Assembly (NCBI RefSeq): GCF_000025505.1
Contig: NC_013849.1
Location: forward strand, 1,410,001 to 1,442,000
DNA: 32,000 bases
From: Ferroglobus placidus DSM 10642
GTDB taxonomy: Archaea; Halobacteriota; Archaeoglobi; Archaeoglobales; Archaeoglobaceae
Reading direction: 5' to 3'
Each line of letters begins with the position of its first letter. Positions within the stretch are counted from its first letter, which is position 1. The translations under genes and the position numbers were made by a program. The notes beneath the pieces were generated by a model. The model ran no database searches and was not told the origin of the DNA. It saw nothing but the letters and a program-made list of their open reading frames with translations. Positions 26,917-32,000 of the stretch are shown piece after piece.

Positions 26917-28428
26917 ATGGCAATCTACTATCTTGATGATGGCTTGAAAGAAGCTTTTAGATTGGCAAAAAGAAAAGAAAAGTGGGCACTACTTGAATCT
27001 CAGAAAAAAGCTACAGAACTCATGAAAAAGACTGTTGATGGTGAACTTAGCCTTGCAGCAGTTCAAGGACCTCCGGGGACAGGCAAAACAAGTGTTGTCG
27101 AAGCTTTTGCCAAGGAAGAGTTACCAGATTTCGTAACACAATCAGAAAACGAGCTAATTTTGTATATTGCTCCAACGAATCACCTCGTTTATGAAGCTTT
27201 CAAGAGAATTTCAGCCCAATTAATCAAAAAAGGATTTGATATCCAGTCTCTCTTGAGCGTTGTGCGAGTATACGGTTCGAAAATTAAACCTATGAAGGAA
27301 AAAGAGGTGATAATCGGAGATAAAAAACTCGAGAGAGACGATCTAAATAGACTCGTGAGCAACGTAGATAACAATGTCCGGATAATTTTTGCGACAGAAT
27401 TCCAGAGAGTTTCAAGTAGACTTGAAGTTGAACCAAAAAGGATACACATAGTTGCTGACGAGGCAAGTAAGTCTCCATATTTCAGAGTTTTTCTACCTTT
27501 AGCTGAAAAAATAGCTAAGAATCCAGAAGAATACTATCCTTACACTCTCCTCGTTCTTGGAGATCCACAACAGGCAATTACAGTTCCAGAGGAGTTTACT
27601 ATAATGGATGTCCCGCTTCTCATGAAATTAACAGAGAGAGTTCTCAAAGAGAACGACTTGAAAAAAGATTGTTGGGTTATGCTCGACACGACCTTCAGAC
27701 TACCACGTCCTTCAGAAGACCCTATAAGCCACGGATTTTATAGAGGAAAACTACATGCGCACTATACCTCAAGAGAACGATTAGAGATTATTAAAGACTC
27801 GATATTAGACAACATCAGCAGAATTACTTCTGCGCTTGACAAAGCGGGTGTTCGAGCAACTTCACTTGACGTTAAAAAGATCGTTGACGGAATAGAGGAG
27901 GCTATAACTTCTAACATTCCGATAGTCGTTGTAAAAACTCGTCCTTTTAAGAGTGGAGACACTTACGACGAAGAGCGCGTTAAAAAGGCATTTATAATTT
28001 CCTCTATTTTTCAATTGGCATCTCACTTTTCTGGATATAGTTTCAGCGTAACTACTACTGCTCCATACTGTGATATCGTTGATTCAATAGCATTTAAATT
28101 TCACAGAAGATTTCACAACTTTGGATCGATACGAGCACCGAGGGCAGTTACCGTGCAATCACTTATAGGGGGAGAGAGCGATGTCATTGTGGCTCCACTC
28201 GGTAAAGAGTGGTTACCAAGTGAGATTCGTTACCACCCTTCGGAAGAATTTACAACAATATACGCAAGAGAACCGGAATTGCTTAACGTTCAAATGAGCA
28301 GACATCGATCACTTATGGTTGTAATTGGCAATACTGACAGATTAATGAACCAGAGAGAAAGAAGGATTCAAAGGACTGTAGAAAGGTTGGAAGAGCTTGA
28401 AGGTAAAGGAACTTTAATTATCTCTTAG
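26917..28428 (+). CDS. SF1 helicase/ATPase, Upf1/Dna2-like
   Basis: VQGPPGTGKTSVVEAFA (Walker A), IVADEAS (variant Walker B), VLGDPQQ (motif III), TFRLP, TVQSLIGGESDVIV (motif V), NVQMSRHRSLMVVIG (motif VI). Confidence 0.87.
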   Translation: MAIYYLDDGLKEAFRLAKRKEKWALLESQKKATELMKKTVDGELSLAAVQGPPGTGKTSVVEAFAKEELPDFVTQSENELILYIAPTNHLVYEAFKRISAQLIKKGFDIQSLLSVVRVYGSKIKPMKEKEVIIGDKKLERDDLNRLVSNVDNNVRIIFATEFQRVSSRLEVEPKRIHIVADEASKSPYFRVFLPLAEKIAKNPEEYYPYTLLVLGDPQQAITVPEEFTIMDVPLLMKLTERVLKENDLKKDCWVMLDTTFRLPRPSEDPISHGFYRGKLHAHYTSRERLEIIKDSILDNISRITSALDKAGVRATSLDVKKIVDGIEEAITSNIPIVVVKTRPFKSGDTYDEERVKKAFIISSIFQLASHFSGYSFSVTTTAPYCDIVDSIAFKFHRRFHNFGSIRAPRAVTVQSLIGGESDVIVAPLGKEWLPSEIRYHPSEEFTTIYAREPELLNVQMSRHRSLMVVIGNTDRLMNQRERRIQRTVERLEELEGKGTLIIS

Positions 28429-29544
28429 CTCTTAGTCTAATTAAATATAGCCCTTTGCCCTTACCCCTCAATCCGAGCAACCTCAATTCTGCTTTTAAAC
28501 CGAAATCCTCAGCAATTCGTTTCAAAAATTCGTGTGTTGGGATGTATGTCCCTTTGAATATTGAATCTCCTATTGTATACCAAGCTTCCCATGCGAGTCT
28601 CTCCGAAACGAGTTCTAAATGTCTCTCCATATAGTAGAAGTATTGGGATAGAAACACATGGTATTTTCTGTCACTCCTGATCTCAAAAATTTTGTCTAAA
28701 ATCCATTTTCTTTCAGTCTTTTTTTCCATTTTCTCGCACTCGCTTCGCATGCCGGGATTTGCAAACTTCTGAGCATTCCAAGATCCTTGGAATCTTTAGC
28801 CAATCCAGCCCAAAGTATGTGTAGCTGTGTATGTCTTATGTAGTCTATGTTATTTGCAAATGGCGGACTTGTCAAAATACCGTCAAATGCTTTTGGTAAC
28901 CAAACGCTTGAGTCAGCTAAAACTAAATCAATATTTCCATCATTTCCGTAGCATTCCAAATCTGAATATGCCTGAAGAAACAACTCTTTGAACTCTTCGA
29001 AAATTTTATGCTTACTCGATTTACAAACAATCTTTCGATACCTTGGAGCGGGGGATTTCCTTAACCTTGAATATTTTTCAGCAACTTTCGCTAAAATCGT
29101 TAACAAAAGACTATCGTTCTTGAAATCGTTAATAAGGGATCTTATTTTGCCTAACGCTTCCAATTGGGTGGGTGAATGGTAGTTCTTTAATCTTTCTGAT
29201 GGGATTAACATCTTGTAGTCATCGATATTTGAGTAAGCTTCTAAGAACTCTTTTTTATCCAAACGAGGTTTGTCTACTTTTGATTTTGTTACAAGAAGTG
29301 ACCAAGGGTTCGAATCGATGCCTACACAATCAATACCTCTTTTTTTCGCCTCTACAGCGACAGTCCCTGAGCCGACAAAAGGGTCTAATACGAGATTGCC
29401 ACGACTTTTACTAAATTCTTGAAAAAATTCGTTAACCAATTGCTTAGTCATTCCATGTTCGCAGAATACTAAAATTCTGTGTATTCGTTCGTTTTTCCAA
29501 GGATTTCTTGGAAAACGGTTTTCTTGCATGAGGTCCCGTATCAC
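28418..29544 (-). pseudogene. DNA methyltransferase split by a frameshift at an A7 tract (pseudogene, phase-variable, or recoded)
   Basis: ORF 29544-28696 carries VLDPFVGSGTVAVEA and LTSPPFANNIDYIRH. ORF 28750-28418 carries the expected C-terminal part (RKYHVFLSQYFYYMERHLELV...YTIGDSIFKGTYIPTHEFLKRIAEDFG). The ORFs overlap across a T7 run at 28719-28725 (A7 on the coding strand). Confidence 0.75.
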
Positions 29545-29805
29545 TTAGCACCCTCCATTAAACAATCAGTTTTTATTTATATTGCTTTCCCGTTCGAGTT
29601 TTAAGGATTAATGATACTATTTCCTCGCAACTCGTCTATTAAATTCCAAAGTTTAAATAAACACTAAGCAGTTCTTTTGACAGTTAGGGAATTCTCTGGT
29701 TACAAAGTAGAATTATCATAACAGCCTCCCAGCAATAATATTGTTCGAACCGTATGGGATTTGACGATTGCAAGCGAGATAAGTTTCTCAACACTAACAC
29801 CTAAC

Positions 29806-29833
29806 AATATATTTTTATCAATATATTTTTATC
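29806..29833. repeat. Perfect tandem duplication of AATATATTTTTATC (2 x 14 bp)
   Basis: Read directly at 29806-29819 and 29820-29833 in a non-coding AT-rich region. Confidence 0.9.
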
Positions 29834-30066
29834 GTGACTGTCTGGCAAATAAATCTGCGAACTTTTCGAGTTCGTGTATTCTCAGGAACATCCCTCTCTG
29901 CATGTTCGAGTATGCACTCTCGGCATATATAGTACTTTTGGAAAATTTATATAAATTCATGAAAAATGCTCTAAATCTACAAACCTTAATTTCGCTTAAA
30001 TTTGGCAAATTAGCTCTCAAAATCACCAATTGGTTGAAAACAGGTAGGATTTACTCGAAATTTTGA

Positions 30067-30139
30067 TGGGTCCGCCCGGATTCGAACCGGGGACCTCCTG
30101 CGTGTGAGGCAGGCGTCATAACCACTAGACCACGGACCC
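30067..30139 (-). tRNA. tRNA-Val (anticodon CAC)
   Basis: Minus-strand GGGTCCG-TG-GTCTAGTGGTTATGAC-G-CCTGC-CTCACAC-GCAGG-AGGTC-CCCGG-TTCGAAT-CCGGG-CGGACCC-A folds into a full cloverleaf; anticodon loop CTCACAC. Confidence 0.97.
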
Positions 30140-30188
30140 AGCAGTACTGTGTTTTACTCTTAGCTATATTTTTTTTATGGTTTGCTTT

Positions 30189-31223
30189 TTAGCTATATTC
30201 GTTGAAGAGCTTGATGAATCTCTCCGCTATTTTCCTCGAATCGTTTTCCTCGACGTATTTCTTAGCATTCTCGACAACGCTTTTTCTGTATTTCTCATCT
30301 TCTATTAACCTTCTAATTTTTTCGGAGAGATCTTTTGCGTCGTTGAACTTTACAACCTCCTTCTCATGCATCTCAAAGTGCCTCGTGTTTGGGACGACTG
30401 TAGGGATTAAAGCGCCCATGCACTGGTAAAGTGTTGAGGAAACGACAACTCCATTCGTTTGACCTTTCGGAATCATGAAAATATCCGCTTTATGGAGCTC
30501 CTCGTAAACTTCTCTGTTGTCCCTTAACCTTTTCCTCTCCTGAATTAGCCATTTTCTTTCGTAGGGTAGCTCTCCGTTCGATCTAATCACTCTGTATGTA
30601 AATTCGTAATCTTTTTCGAGTGTTTCTAAAGCCTTAAAGAATGGATCGTACTCGTTAATTGGCTGCCTTCCGAAGCTGAAGAACTTTAATCCGTCTTCTG
30701 CGAACTTCCTCTTCGTCGGATTTAGCGGGTGGCACGGATAGGGAATCACGGTCGTTTTATCTCTGACGCTGTTTAACAACTCGTTAACGTATCTCTCATC
30801 GAATACCGCAAGCTTTTCGAAGTTGGAGAAATCGCTGTACCTCAAGTCTTTTTTATAACCTTCGTGGATAACGACGAACGTCTTTATGCCTTTCTTTTTC
30901 AACTCTCCAGCCAGTTTTTGAACTTCCAAATGAGGAACGCTGCCGTAGGATTCGACGAGAAGCACGTCGAAACTTCTTTTCAAAATTTCGTCGAAGTTTA
31001 TCTTTCCTCCTTCTCCCTCCGGCGAAACCTCTTCGTAACATCTGACGACGAAGTCTTCGTCCTTTCTCACGACTTTGTGGTGCCACCATCTACTTGCGGA
31101 TTCAACGTAGGGAGCAAAAACTGTGACATCGTGACCCATTTTCAGAAATTCGGGGACGATAAGCTCAGCATGCATCGCAACGCCGCAGGTAGCGTTCCAG
31201 CGTGAGAGAACTGCGATATGCAT
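30189..31223 (-). CDS. Glycosyltransferase, paralog of the CDS at 7302-8330
   Basis: MHIAVLSRWNATCGVAMHAELIVPEFLKMGHDVTVFAPY, LQVQK-like region, TNGVVVSSTLYQCMGALIPTVVPNTRHFE. Confidence 0.8.
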   Translation of the reverse strand: MHIAVLSRWNATCGVAMHAELIVPEFLKMGHDVTVFAPYVESASRWWHHKVVRKDEDFVVRCYEEVSPEGEGGKINFDEILKRSFDVLLVESYGSVPHLEVQKLAGELKKKGIKTFVVIHEGYKKDLRYSDFSNFEKLAVFDERYVNELLNSVRDKTTVIPYPCHPLNPTKRKFAEDGLKFFSFGRQPINEYDPFFKALETLEKDYEFTYRVIRSNGELPYERKWLIQERKRLRDNREVYEELHKADIFMIPKGQTNGVVVSSTLYQCMGALIPTVVPNTRHFEMHEKEVVKFNDAKDLSEKIRRLIEDEKYRKSVVENAKKYVEENDSRKIAERFIKLFNEYS

Positions 31224-31254
31224 AAAAAAAGTTTTGCAAAAAAGAATATAACGC

Positions 31255-32000
31255 TTACCCTTTCATCTTGATTATCTCCACTAAGTTCCAGCAGAGTAAA
31301 AGCTTCGCCACTTCTATCGAATTCACGTATTCTCGAGCTTCCCATCTCACCTTGTATCCCGTTTCGTCCCTCAAAGCGTCGAGCAGAGATTCGAAAATTT
31401 CCACGTTGAGAAAACCGTCTATGTCGATGAAGCTTGCTCTTTTTCCGTAGTAATAATCGGAGAAAAAGGAGATGGCAAAATCCCTTTCACTCGCTTTTAT
31501 AAGCCGGGATAAATCTACGTTGAGGGTGACGTGATCGAGCTCGAAGGAGAGGTTCGTGAAAATAAGTCTAACCCGGTACATCTCTTCCATTCCGAGGAGT
31601 GTGGAAATTCTTTCCGTACTCTCCAACGAGCTCGGGTAAATTTTTATTACGACGTCAGCGTATATTTTTTGAAAGTCCACGTACCTCTTGTAATCGCTTT
31701 CCCTCTGAATTATCTCCTCTATTACCTCTTCTTTCCTGTACCCCCTTTTCTCCATGTCTCTTTTAATCTTCCACTTCCTCTTGATGATTCTTGCTGGATC
31801 GACGAAGATTTTGTAATCGAGTATCTCTCTGATTCCGTCGTAAAGAACGTGTAATCCTTCAGCGATAACTATCTTTTCCGGCTTAAAGATCTCGCAACAC
31901 TTCACTTCTCCTTTCTCGTGATCGTAAACAGGCTTCTCGAACTCTTTCCACTCCTTTATCAACTTTAAGTGTTCTCTAAACAGATCCAAATTTGTCATTT
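31255..32000 (-). CDS. Phosphoribulokinase/uridine-kinase family protein, C-terminal part (5' end outside window)
   Basis: NLDLFREHLKLIKEWKEFEKPVYDHEKGEVKC..FKPEKIVIAEGLHVLYD..IREILDYKIFVDPARIIKRKWKIKRDMEKRGY. Confidence 0.75.
   Translation of the reverse strand, partial: MTNLDLFREHLKLIKEWKEFEKPVYDHEKGEVKCCEIFKPEKIVIAEGLHVLYDGIREILDYKIFVDPARIIKRKWKIKRDMEKRGYRKEEVIEEIIQRESDYKRYVDFQKIYADVVIKIYPSSLESTERISTLLGMEEMYRVRLIFTNLSFELDHVTLNVDLSRLIKASERDFAISFFSDYYYGKRASFIDIDGFLNVEIFESLLDALRDETGYKVRWEAREYVNSIEVAKLLLCWNLVEIIKMKG

Noticed and set aside
28418-28750. Independent 110-aa gene
   Set aside because: Its sequence matches the expected C-terminal part of the upstream methylase, and the frames meet at an A7 tract, so it is better read as part of that gene.
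29761-30066. 101-aa ORF beside tRNA-Val, and the antisense 66-aa ORF 29829..30029
   Set aside because: AT-rich, spans the tandem repeat, no recognisable domain; not enough to call a gene.
17325-30066. CRISPR array, IS element or integrase linked to the island
   Set aside because: No regularly spaced direct repeats, no transposase or tyrosine/serine recombinase motifs seen in any listed ORF.

Overview
This 32 kb window has archaeal gene content and looks like Archaeoglobales (inference from gene content, leaderless starts and AT-rich TATA boxes). Housekeeping and transport genes flank an approximately 12 kb island that looks like DNA defence or modification. Left flank: partial UbiD-like gene, rnhB, srp54, MBL hydrolase, BioY/ECF transporter, GH130-like + glycosyltransferase pair, hjc, PIN protein, aIF2-gamma, DUF2298 membrane protein, a decayed penicillin-acylase (S45) gene, and a Tup-type tungstate ABC operon with a ModE-like regulator. 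Island (about 17.3-29.5 kb): a DUF499-like P-loop ATPase, a large DUF1156-like DNA methylase, an uncharacterised 380-aa protein with TIM-barrel/TGT-like flavour, a wHTH/UPF0175-like + PIN toxin-antitoxin-like pair, a Cas4/RecB-like PD-(D/E)XK nuclease with a 4-Cys motif, a Dna2/Upf1-like SF1 helicase, and a second DNA methylase whose frame breaks at an A7 homopolymer. The island abuts the 3' end of a tRNA-Val(CAC). Right flank: a second glycosyltransferase paralogous to the left one, and a partial phosphoribulokinase/uridine-kinase-like gene. The main candidate for a less-described system is the island, because the DUF499/DUF1156 core is combined with a separately encoded Dna2-like nuclease/helicase pair and an unknown TIM-barrel-like protein. 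All family calls are from motif recognition by eye; no database search was run.
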